Source: Styela clava (taxonomy: Eukaryota). Taken from it: a stretch of DNA of 64,000 nt. Under the pieces are notes generated by a model that was not told where the DNA came from, did no database searches, and saw only the letters and a program-made list of their open reading frames with translations. Below are positions 46,123 through 58,871 of the stretch, in pieces (the first letter of the stretch is position 1; every line of letters begins with the position of its first letter). The DNA lies in the NCBI RefSeq assembly GCF_964204865.1, contig NC_135260.1:496001-560000 (forward strand). Direction: 5' to 3'. The translations under genes were made by a program, and so were the position numbers.

Positions 46123-49100
46123 ATTATGACAACTCACTTTTTTAATTTTTAAAGGGCAGCCTATCGCGGAAACGGAGGCCAATAGTGTCAACTAGCGACA
46201 AGGATTTTTCGAGATGAGACTAAAATGAATAAATAGCGCTCCTCACATACCGTTAGATATCAGTGGCTGACTGTACTCGGCCTTGTTCGGAGCGAAAGAT
46301 GTTTATAGCCGTAATAAAAATCTATATCTATGATTTTTTATCTTCGGAGAGAGAAAAGGTGATAAGTTGGTCATAATCAACCATTTCTTTTGTAATGTCG
46401 TTTGTGCCGTAAACAAAGACGACAATTTTTAATTATATACATATGTATTGTGACGCATCATAGTATTTATACAAATGTATTATGATGTAACATGAGAACT
46501 ATTGTTACACAATAAACGAACGATACAATGATATGCGAGTGTTAGAAACCAGAAATCATGCTTGGGTCGGGCATGCCTAAGTTGTTTGTATATGTAGCCT
46601 ATCTTTGTTAGATTGTAACATAGTTAACTTAGCTTTCAGCTTTCCTAGAGGTAAAATCAGGAGAATTATTTAGTGTAGAAACTTAAAGTGTAGAGAAGTT
46701 CTTAGATAGTGTTAGGTCGGGTGTAGTGTGATTTATCATAACTCGCTCTGAAATAGACCTTAGACAAGAGCGTACTAATATGTAGAAGCTGTGATGTTTT
46801 TGAAATACCGAAATCTTACATCAGGAGGGACACTGGAAACAGGCTGTCCAAAGAAGTCTTTAATAACTGTTGAGAATGCTCAGGTGAGAAGCATACTCGT
46901 GAGTATTTGCAGCTTTTATTTAAAAATATTCAGTAGTTTAGTAAGTAAACGAATATCTCGCGGGCCATGGATTTCTTTCGCGGAAAGAACCTATGATTTG
47001 CTACTGGTACGGCGGTTAGATGCCAGACCCTCATGTCCAGATATTTGAGCATTTCTCTCGTTTGTTGCACATATCAGTATCAACAGAAAAGGTCTCATAT
47101 GATAAAACGAATCTCTGTGTTCGATCAATAAATTTTAGATTATTCTGCGAGTCTTTATTACTTACGTTTATTTTAAGATTCTTTCCGCGAGTTGGCGCTT
47201 ACAACCCGTGTTTATGTGATCATAATCCTAAATTTAACCACCTGTCAGATAACTAATTTTAAACCAAGTCTATTGAAGTATTTTTTAGAAACTAATTTTT
47301 GAAATTACATTAAAACTATCGGCCCCAGAGAATCGCCCCGTGGAGGGCGGAGGGTCTAGCCCGGGCTGGTCCAAGATTGGCAACTCCGCGGGCCACAAAA
47401 TTATTTTTGCATTGTTCGCGGGCCACAATAGTGCCAAGAACTTTACCCATTTAACTTCGCTAGTTGCCTCAGCAAGCCATAGCACTAGTCAATTCAGTGA
47501 CATTAGGGATGCAACCATATGTCAGAAGATATTCTGGTTAATTTTATGACGAAACAACACAAAATGCGATTTTTAATTCCTCTCCGAATGTGACGCGGGC
47601 CACAGATAATGAAACGGCGGGCCACATCTGGCCCGCGGGCCTGGGTTTGGACCACCCTGGTCTAGCCCTAATTTAAGAAACTCTTTCGTAAAACGTTCTG
47701 TCTTAGAAGAGGGGATTGCAATGAATGAATGACTTTTGACTTCCGTAACATTGAACAATCAGCTAGATGCCAATCGTGACGTACAGGCACTCGTCATTAA
47801 AACAGATTTGCAAGCATGGTTGTGAACATTAGCTCGTTTTCGTTGTGGTGCGCAAGTTATTTGCCGGTCTGTAGGTGCGGTTCCGAAATTCGGGTATAAA
47901 TCAAACAAATAACTCAAAAGTTATTTTACAGCTACGGCATTTGTAGCTGAAAGATGGGCGGGCAAGCGTGGCGGATTGAAGTGTTAATAAAATAAAACTG
48001 CAAAAATTCTGGAGGAACTTCAGCTCTTATAGCACCAGTGGTAAAATTCAGCGAGTTCGCGCGAACCTGTTTCTGGGATGTCGTGATAATTAGCGGCTCG
48101 TTTATGTTCCAGGCGTCAGCAGATACTGGGCATCGTGCAATGATTTCCCTACACCCAATAACCCCTTCCCCCTAAAATTTCAAACTGTCAGTTGGACAGA
48201 GTTTGCTAAAATTGTAGATGGACAAAAGCGACGGCATAAGGTGGATTAAAACAACACAGAAACTTCGATGATAATTAAGCGTCAGATCTACCGCGTGTAG
48301 AGATAATACGAGGGTAAACCCCATGCTGAAGTGCGCCAGACCTTACGCTAAAGTAGCACCAAAAATATATTTGGTGAAATATGAGGTTCCGCAGACGCAG
48401 ATTGAACTTGAAAAAATAGTGACGCGTTCCGTCTTTAAGTTGTTCCATTATGTGCGCAGAAAACCGTTTTTTATCACAGCCATACCAACCCAAACAATTT
48501 GTCAAAACGATCGAAGTACCGTGACGTAACTTCTCTGGTAGAAGAGTGTATCCATTGACCACTGTCGTTAAATGACCAACATGATTGTTTGATAACAAAT
48601 AGAGTATTATTCCGTCATAAGTTGGATTGTGTAAACGTAACAGTAGATTCCATTGTCAGTTTAGTATAGTTTGTTTACTCATAACAGATATGAAATTCTC
48701 AAGCGATATGGATAGTTGTTACCATAGTCTATGGTGTTACGGGGAGTACTGTATTGGCATTTACGTTTTATGCGGATTTCACTCCGAATAAGGCTCTGTA
48801 CAAGCTGCCACTTACATGTAAGGGGATACTGTTTCAGGTAGAACCGTAATCTTTCCGTTTCAGCGTTGCTGCTCAATTTATTTTACCATGGGTGATAAGT
48901 ATGGAATTCGAACCGAAGAGTTTTAACTAAGATGGCTAAATAGTTATTCAACCGCTAAGCCATAGCGATATTTTGTAGTAAAATGTGCACTGGCAGCAAG
49001 ACAACAATATCATCAATATCTTGTTCAGATAGACATCGTAAAAAATATGTACAATGGTCATTATTGGACACGAAATGACTAATTGCATTGGTCAGGGGTG

Positions 49101-51542
49101 AAATTTTCAGTTGTGAAAAATTGTTGTCGCTAGAAGGCTTTTTATTAGTTTTATTCATTTCAAAAATGGCATGGTTGTAAACATTGCCTCGTTTCCGTGA
49201 TTTTACGTGTTATTTGTTTGTAAGTCTTCAGTTGAGTTTCTAAAAATTACTTATAAATCAAGTACGTTTTATCAAGTATGTTAATTGTTATTATGCCTAC
49301 CGAGGAGCTATAGTTTAGTTACACTAATGAAAATTAGTACCGAAAAGGCTGCTATAGTGTGTTAGCAATCAGTACCCGCGGGCGACACGTGGTTGAATGA
49401 TTTTTTGGCACGTCAGTGTACATAACGATCGTTTCAATATTATGTTGTTGTTCTTGTTAGTATTAATATTAATATTCTCTTTCGTCATGATGAAATCGCT
49501 TTTTTCTTCAAATACTAGACCAATTGCTTTGAAATTTTCAGTGGTAAAGATTGTTTTTTTTTGCCAGAAGGCTATTACTTTTACTTATTTCAAAAATTTC
49601 TGTGAACTTCAAGAGATTCGTTTTTTATGTGTCAGAATAAAAAATAGCAACACCTTGTGACGTGTCCATATATTTGAGCACAGCTCTCTTGTTGCAACGG
49701 TGAAGCACGGAATGAATTTTATAGGGGTCAAGGGTTAGAATTAGAAGGTAAAGATTATAATTTATAAAAGTTGACCATAGAAACCCAGCGTATATTTACA
49801 CCCCAAATCAGTTTCTATGGAAGTGCGGAACCCAATGTGGCCGCATGCATTGCATGTCCATAGGCCTTCTTTTAGAGAATCTGCAAAACTTTCCATATAA
49901 ATTAGACACATCAAATATCCTTAGTGAACGAGTGTAAGTATGTGATTTTAGTATGACCTTTACCTTAACCCAGTGGGTCTCAAGCTTTTTTCAAACGACC
50001 CAAATTAAAAAAATAAATTCTCGACCCAACCCAAGAATAATCTCGCATACTGAACTGATACATGCATACTGATTTTATGGCCGCGAAATTGAATGGCTAC
50101 TACAAAACAGTCATTTTTACATAATATCCATTTCAACATAAAAAATTGTAGTTAGTAAGTTGCACTTGTTTGGCATCAGCGAGTTTTTGAAAAGCATGGG
50201 TTCACTTGAGTAAAATAGATGCTGCTAAGTTGTAATGCTGTGATATTTCCCACGTACAAAATTCACAACAAAAATATTTGTCAGGCGACCCAAGAGGATC
50301 TTCGACGACCCAGTTTTGGGTCACGACCCATAAGTTGAGGAACACTACCCCCAACCCAGTGATTACAGAGCTTAAAACTGAAATCTATGAGAAAATCTTT
50401 GTGAGAATAAACGCATACCAAAGTGTCAATTAGTTGAGCAAGGCGAGATTGCCTATCAAAGTGGCATCCGTATTTCTTTATATACGACGCTTATCCACTC
50501 TTTCCGCTTAAAGCGAGGCCACATACCAGTGGTTTTCAACTGAGGTTCCGCCAGTACAGTCCAAGAGTTCCGTAAGTTTTCATACAAATTCCTTGAGTCT
50601 ATATCAATATATTTTGTTCAACTAAAATTGAAAGATCATTTTGTTTTGCCAGTATCAGGTTTGCTTTTATAAATATTTATATTTTGTGCAATTTAGACAA
50701 TAAAAACAATTAAACTATTGCATAGGGATTCCCCGAGTCTCTGGAATGTTATATCGAGGTATTACCCCACCATAAAGATTGAAAACCACCACTCCATGTC
50801 GCCCCCAACCCTTGCCAGTGCCTAGTAACCAGATTAAATGCTAAGAAAGTAACGACATTCACGTTCAAAAATTGGAGCTTCGGAAGTATGTGCACCAAGA
50901 TGGCGCACAACCTTGCATCTAACCTGGTACACATGTTATGTTCAGGTTGTGCACCTTCTTGGTGCACATACTTCGAGGGCACCCCAATTTGTTGCGTAAC
51001 AGCTCAATAAGAGTCGTCTGCAAGTGCAAACTTGGTTTGTTTATCATTGTGGCAGAACAATGGTTTGTTTGTGATGAAACAACTACACAAATAATTTAGA
51101 AACAATGACAATTTACGACATCTGTATTTGTTCATACGCCAACAAGAACACTCGAAGCACGCGAAATTTTTTTTGAAAATTACTTTGAATTAAGCGTGGA
51201 TCGATGATAAATCCTGCCATTCAGTTTTGCTTTATAGTCGGATCAGACCTGGCCTAAGTTATTGCTAGTCGATCGTGTTTATTCTTAAATTGAAAGAACT
51301 TTTATTGGTTTTCAAACGCTTAGCCTGTATTATGGGTTGTTTGTGGGATTTCAAGGGTTTTCACGAGTGCTGAACGTGCCCGCGGTTACATAAGTGAGAC
51401 AAGAAAGGGAATTGTGGGCTGTGAGATATAACGGTGTGAGACTTTAATGCAATTTAAAGCAGTGTTTTCAATTCGAGGATATTTGAAAGGGTTTGAAGAT
51501 TTCATTGGACCTGTACAGTAGGCCTCAGGAAAAGGCATTCCC

Positions 51543-51670
51543 AAAGTATGTGAACCAAGATGGCGGACACCGGAACGTATTATGCGTACCAGGTTAGGCC
51601 CTATTTCAGGTACAAATACCACGGAAGTCACTTAACCCTAGCCTGGTACACATACTACATATTACGTTCC
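51543..51670. mobile_element. MITE family 1, partial copy
   Basis: AAGTATGTGAACCAAGATGGCGGACACCGGAACG. Confidence 0.75.
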
Positions 51671-53246
51671 AAGAAAAATGTATGGCTGATATTGAACAAA
51701 AGTTTGTAATTTCAACTTGACAAATATACGCAAGGACTAATTTGGTCATGGACCATTTTATTGCATTGTTTACTGTACCACACTACAAGCCAAAAAAGTG
51801 TTAAGATGCCTAAATTTAAATTTTCGGAGGGGTGGAAGTATACAAGCGCACAATTTTGTTTTTGAGGGGGTGCACCTGGCTACGCTTATGCTACAAACGA
51901 GATTTTTGTCTCAACCAGAATTTCAAAGAAGCCGAGGCGACATAGATTGATGAACATGGAATCACCTTTTGTTTCCATGTTGAGTGTTGGTTTAGCTTGA
52001 CCACCCTGGAATGGCTCAAGACGTGAAGTATCGCCCGGTTAGTCGCACTTAATGTCATAAAGAATTGCTCGAAATATACAGGCAGATTTGAAATGTGTTT
52101 GATGAGGTTATAATTTCATCTTGGGGAAAGGAAAGCTGATAAGACAGTGCCTACTTAAGAATATAAATAAGAATGACATAAAATCTCTCACCACGAAATA
52201 GCAAGTATATTAGTCTGCCTTCTTTTGATTATAGTATAACGTCTTCAAATGTTTTGTTGTCAGCTTTCTTACCACCCGGGAATCGTTGAAGCATGATTGC
52301 AGCATCGATGTCTATGGTTTTAAATATCGAGTCTTCTGACAAGTCACGCTTTAATGACTATTAGCAATATTTACAAAATATTCGAATATCATTATAAGCT
52401 GAATCGTTGAGACATTGAGGAAGCAGCATCGGCGCATATCCTTTTCAACAACATTATTCTGCCAAGTCATGTCTCATTGATTACCGGTGGCATTTACGAA
52501 ATAATCGGTGTTAGTAATTTCAACCAGATCGATGTTTAGTCCGCTTAGATTTTTCCCGGAATCGTTGAGGCATAAAAACAGCATCGGTGCGTGTGCTTTT
52601 GAGTTACCTCATTCTGGCCAGATATGCTCCAATGTCTTTCGGTGGCATTTTAGGTAATAATAGAATAGATGACAATTTCAAGCAATTTGTCGAATTTTTC
52701 TATAAACGACTCTTATTCGCTCTGAACAAAGCCCTGTACAAGGGGTCATTGATGAGATCCAACGATGTCTAAGGAGTTACTATCGTTTTGACGGGCAGAA
52801 ACTTTTCCGGTTCGAGATTACCTACGCTCATTTATTACACATTGGGTCAGGATAGGCATGATATTCGCATTGTGACGCCGAAACAGTCAGTCCTTGACTT
52901 GCAAGGTCATCGCGTCTCCCAAAGAAATGATTTTCGAAATTTATTCTTTTTAATACTTTAAATATTATTGTAGTAGGAATAGACAAATCTATGGCGGCGA
53001 AGTATAAACAAGGAAAAGACATTTTAAACTTCCCATTTCATCACCTTGCTGTGTTTCCTTTAGAACAATATTTATTCACGTCTCACAACCTTTCGGTGTC
53101 AATTCATTTTTTTTTTTTTCGTAATTATGAAATTTTGTTTTTTAGTGACTTGAATTTTCCCGGTCTGTCATTGCCTGTCACGCAATTGTTCACGTCTTTG
53201 ATAATGTTTGGTTGAGCAGAGCCCTATTCGGAGCTATATATATATA

Positions 53247-54668
53247 CAGGGTGATTGAAAGGTAACTCCCTATTTTAAAAAAACTATAGTTTATTTTTAA
53301 AATATAATTTCTACAATTAATGAATATGAGAAGGAAGTATAATGCATGGGCTTATTGAAAAGTAACTCCCTATTTTAAAAAAACTATAGTTTATTTTTAA
53401 AATATAATTTCTACAATTAATGAATATGAGAAGGAAGTATAATGCATGGGCTTTTATTTAAAATTCAATATGGGCGCCTTTATTTGCCACCAGCTTCTCA
53501 AGTCGACCAGGAATCGCATCAACTGATTTCGCAAGAAACTCTTGCGGGATGGAAGTCATAACTTCACGTATTCGCCCCTCAAGTTCTTCCAAATTTCTTG
53601 GTTTGGTTGAGTAGACTTCCTCTTTCAGCCAACCCCAGAGAAAAAAGTCGCAGGGTGTTAAGTCAGGACTTCTGGCAGGCCATTCGTGCGAACCGCGACG
53701 ACCCATCCATCTTCCAGGAAATTGAGCATTTAGCCATTCACGAACAACAATAGCAAAGTGTGGAGGAGCTCCATCTTGCATGAAAATCAAATCTTCAATA
53801 TTTTCCCAAGCACTGATAATTGGCCAAATTTCATCTTTCAACATAGCGAGGTACCTTTCGGCATTCATGGTATCGCGAAGAATGAAGGGACCCACAATCC
53901 TATCAAAAGTAATTCCACACCATACCGTTACTTTGGATCGATTTTGCATTTTTTCACAGGTAACACGAGGAACTTCTTCCGCCCAGTAGTGGCAGTTATG
54001 ACGGTTCACAAATCCACCTATGTGGAATACAGCTTCATCACTCCATAGAATATTTTTAAAAAGGTTGGGCCAATCTCTAAACCAAGCCAACATTATTTCA
54101 CCAAACTCCATACGAATGTCAAAGTCTTCTGCAGAGAGTGCTTGACAGTAATGCGGCTTCCAAGCACGCCATTTAAGCTCGTTTTTTAGCACATTACGTA
54201 CACAATGAAAGGAGAGCCCACTTTCTCTTGTTGCTTGACGAATTGACTTATCTGGATTTGGAAGGACGACCGCTTCTTTGAGTATCAGCCACAGATCCTG
54301 TGGTCATAAGTTTTTTATGACAATTCTTGATCGTCTTCGGGTCAATTTGGGCATGTTTTCCCTTAATAGTTCTCCACCATCTTTGCACTTGAACAATGCA
54401 TCCCCAAACTTCATAACGCGCGGCTATCTGGGCACGTTCCTGTAGAGTAAGACGTCCAGCCATTTTTGTAGGGTTTTGAAATAAAATAAATTTGAAAAGA
54501 TTGAAATTGAACAATATTTAAACAAATCTGAAAGGAAAACAAGAACATAAATTAAATTGCCATATATTAAGTAATATATACACATAAATTTAGAAACATG
54601 AAACATGATATAGCATTTGAATAAATTGTATTTATTTTAAAATAGGGAGTTACTTTTCAATCACCCTG
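53247..54668 (-). mobile_element. Tc1/mariner superfamily transposon, DD41D (rosa/Visitor-type), inactivated
   Basis: TIRs CAGGGTGATTGAAA(G/A)GTAACTCCCTATTTTAAAA at both ends, inserted in a TA run; encloses a transposase. Confidence 0.92.
53458..54463 (-). pseudogene. DD41D transposase, frameshifted near 54250
   Basis: MAGRLTLQERAQIAARYE...RSGRP N-terminal HTH, then in another frame PDKSIRQ...WSDEAVFH...FMQDGAPPH...WPARSPDLTPCDFFLWG; 41 residues between D2 and D3. Confidence 0.9.
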
Positions 54669-55132
54669 TATATATATCGTTTGAGTTATATAAATGGAAG
54701 CTATTATTATCGCCAACTGTTATTTGAACGTGACTCGGTTACTTCAGAGAACTGTTGGATATTGATACAATAGGTGCGGGGTTCGGCATAGTCTGGTCTG
54801 GTGACAGAGTCTGTTTACACAAGCGACACGGTGAGACTGAGAAGTCGTAAACGAAATAAAACTAGACTAGTGTAAGATTTTGGTAATACAGGATTATAAG
54901 TGAAAAAACATGAGGAAATACTCTTTAGCACAGTGGTTCTCAAAATTTTTAAGCCGCGAATCTCGTGGCCCACCTCAAAAATAACTAGCTAACAATAAGC
55001 TACAAATAACAGATAGTAAGGCAAAAGTATGTTTTATTCAAATTCAATTGGAATGAGTTAAAATATGCCTTAAAACAGCATTTCGTGGAGTGGAATTTCG
55101 ATGTTGTCGTTAATTAACAGAATAAACTAGTA

Positions 55133-55549
55133 CCGTATTTCCCGACGAAAAGTCTACCCGGTCAATAGGACGAGGCCTGTTTTCAAGCCTGGTTTTCGCA
55201 TAAAACCTGCCAATAAGTCGGGGTAGTGAAATCGCATCAACATCGGAATCTCAAATTACCATGCAATGCGGTCGCCGCGTTTGCGCAATGGGTAAAATAG
55301 CCTATAATGACGTTTTCTTGTAGCGTAATATTCAATCCATAATAACTACGGGAATTCAAACTGTCTTTCTATTTTAATCTAATTGTGTTCAACTCCCAAT
55401 TGTGTCCACCATAAAAGAACATTACCTAATACATTATAAGGGGACACCAAAAAATTGAAAATTACCATACCCGCCTAATAAGACGACCCCCCCAAAGTCA
55501 AGCCAAAAATTTGGGTCTAGAAAAGCGACTTATTCGCCAGGAAATACGG
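55133..55549. mobile_element. pogo/Tigger-like MITE
   Basis: TA|CCGTATTTCC...GGAAATACGG|TA termini. Confidence 0.75.
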
Positions 55550-55825
55550 TATATTGTATAATCGAGTTTAGCTATATGGAATGAGCTATACGTTTCAAAC
55601 TTGAAGCAGCGTTTCAGGGAGTGGGATTCTGATGGGTCGTCAACGAAATAAAACTGATATAGTGTATAACCGGGTTTGGCTTCATGGAATGAGTTACATG
55701 TCTTAGAGTAGCGTTTCACTGAGAGAAATTTCGCTGTTTGTGGAAAGGAAATTTTACTGTACTATATTTGAGTATAGTATCACTAAAATTCATTTATTAT
55801 TATTATTGCAATGCATGCTTATGAC

Positions 55826-56028
55826 GGTTCCATTACATTTGAACCCACGTACATTTGAACCCATGGCAATTGCACCTGTATGCTATTGCACCTATGGATT
55901 TTCTTCTGTTTCACGGATAGTTAAACCCATACTAACCCTAACCCATGGGTTTTAGCACCCGCATATAGATTGAACCCGTGGATATACCCATGGGTTCAAA
56001 TGTACATGGGTTCAAATGTACGGTCACC
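55826..56028. mobile_element. Mutator-like MITE with 9-bp TSD
   Basis: GG...CC ends, TACATTTGAACCCA repeats in inverted orientation, perfect TSD GCTTATGAC. Confidence 0.85.
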
Positions 56029-58871
56029 GCTTATGACATACATTAATTATTAACTGTTTAAACGGTAGAAAAGCCGGAATGTAAGTTGCACGCGATAATA
56101 ATCTAAGGGTCCGTTAAAGATTGAAAATGGAATTTTTTATGCACAGTGAGGAGGAATTGAGAATTCCAAAATACACAGAACGAGAAATAGATTCAAAAAG
56201 GTTGAGAATCACTAACGTAAGCAAAGATAGTCAGCTGTATAATTGAGTTGGGCTTTATGAAATATGTTGTATGTCCGAAAGCAGCGTTTCACGGGTAGGA
56301 TTTGTGTTGCTTTAGGCAGAAATTCTACTTCGTGTTTTAATGTAGTATTACTAATATTATTTGATTATTCAGTATTATTTTAATACTATTTGGGCACACA
56401 TTAAAATTTCTACAAAACAATGCGAGTTGTGCGTAACACTAGACTAGGGGTTCATTGAAGTAAAACTACAACGTTGCATAAGTATCCGTAAGCACGACTC
56501 TTGAAATACTTACTCATGCTACAGCGTCCTTGTATTATAAGCATAATATACGTATTCACCAGCACAAATAGAATAAAAGTAGGCAGTGAGTCTCGCACAA
56601 GCCCAATCGATGGCAGAAAAACGCCTATTATTCCGCCACGCTTGTCGATTATTACAGCAAACCCAGTCAGTGCTAACTTTATCGGAAAGACCTTGCCAAA
56701 ATATAACGCTCGCCACCGCTCAAAATAAATAATAGTGGATATCCAGTTAGGTTGATAATACAGATTGCGCTCGAAATTCAAATTATTACTAACCCGAATC
56801 CTAACATTAGCATCACTAATTTGTTATTTTGAAACCCAGCGAGGTGTTTTTCTCAAATCTTATATTTTGCATTGGTGGCGGGAGCTTTGTACAAAAGAAC
56901 CCTGTACCGTGTCGGTGAGTCATATTTTCGATTTTATATTTTCATTTTGGCCGTTGTTTTCTGGTGGTTGGTGTCGTGGTTTGACGAGAACCATTCAATA
57001 ATCCTTCCCGACTTTCAACTGATGACAATGTTTACTTTCACCCATTGTTGAACTTGGATGATATATAGTGTCGTGACAATGACAATTGTTCCTACCTTTT
57101 TGTGATGAAATAATCCTGTCTGAGATTTTTTTCATGTCCGATTGTACTTGAGAATCGTGAGAAAGTCGTGACGCCACAATGATCAAAAGATGACTAAAAC
57201 AACAACATGTGAATTGCTATGATTGTGACATTTGAATTCATTTATGTGACGTAACAGACACACTCGAAAAAGGGTTTATCGGCGAATAATTCGATCAAAT
57301 GTGGGTCGCCAGTTGTTGAGATGTCGCGAATTTCGCACGGTAGTAGAATTTAGAGTGAACGAAAATCAGGCCAATACGGTTACCTGAAGGTGTTCGGAGT
57401 AGATATGGATGGCGATTAGAAGATGGTTGTGATAGAGCAACGATGGGAAGAATTTCTTCGTTATTGGAGGGGGAGGGGGGGCGTATTTTTGATATATAGT
57501 GGGGTAGTTTCACATTCTAGGGGTTCTGCAAGTTTAAATGTAAATCTTTTTTATGATATGTATATAATTTTTTATTGTATTCAGATATAATATATTTATA
57601 TAATACACAGTTGAACTCAGGTAGAAAAAATCTAGCACGTGGGGGGGGGGGGGGGTCATTATCTATGAGGGTAGGGTTCCACGCATAAAATCAGGCCGCT
57701 GTGGTTTCATTCAGCATCAGAATTGAAAAATGGAGAAAAGGTCCTAAATTATAGGCTTCATATATGGCTTAGCTCATTTTCTGCCTCTGTGTAAGACGCA
57801 GTAATACTGTGACGAGATTAAAAAAACATTAACGAATATTTACTAGCAGTACGTATGAGCATGTTGAGAGTTTGAGAACAATAGATTATTGTCAGTGAAT
57901 CCGCATGCACTGGACTGAAGGATTTTCTATTAAATGGTTGATTAGCGTGACAACATCTACTCTCACTCCGCCTTTATGTCAGAAGATCTGTGTGCATTGA
58001 CTGCAAGAATACTGTAATCAAACGACTGTTTTTAGTGGTTCATTTTTATAAATTGTTCACACGGAAAAGTCTGATTTTGGTGGAGGATTTTAAATCACCC
58101 AATACCAAGGCTTCCTGTGGAAACCTAATCGATATCGTTTTTCAATTATTTCTTCGTAGTGCTTATGTGTTAGTAGATACGTATGCACTAACCGCAAGGA
58201 TAATATAACAATAATCAAAACTGCTATATTGGGTGGTTGAAAGATCTTTATCACACGTCTCGTTTGGCCAAAGCGTTCCAGATTGATATGGTCATTTCGA
58301 GTTCACCAAAAATCAATCAAAGCTGTATATTGGAAGAAATGATCATAACGATTTTTGCGATAATTTAAGACGGGTTTTATCGATTCCTAAATATAATCAT
58401 ATAATGGTCAAATCGATGGGCGTATCTGCAAATGATAGCAACGCGAAATGGAATGATTGAATTTGACGGATGAGTGGGTAGGCGGGTTTCAATAAATACA
58501 TAGGTCAATCTAGAGCTCTTTTCTTTAATCTATGTTAATCAAGAGTCTTGCTGCACACAAACACAAATGTATTTCTGTAACGTGGTCAGATATTCCCTAT
58601 AGTAGTATTATGCAGTCCTGTATATATTATATTCCAAGTCAGCGATCAATATTCGGATCGCAGGCCAAATGCGGCCGGCGGACAAAATTTTGTGTCTCCC
58701 GAACAGTTTCACTTTTAAAACAAAAATTGCTCATAAATTCATTGTTTTCGTCGACATTCCAGAAAACAAGCGAACGAGGCGGTGACGTGGTTTAAATAAT
58801 ATATTTGCAATAAATTCACAGTTGGCAATCATTAAAATAGCATATTAGGACATCGATAAATAATTATCAAC

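Noticed and set aside
48679-49158. Death-domain assignment for the interrupted minus-strand frame
   Set aside because: Only a vague helical/Trp resemblance; not supportable without a profile search.
53758-54048. Plus-strand ORFs inside the transposon
   Set aside because: Antisense to the transposase.
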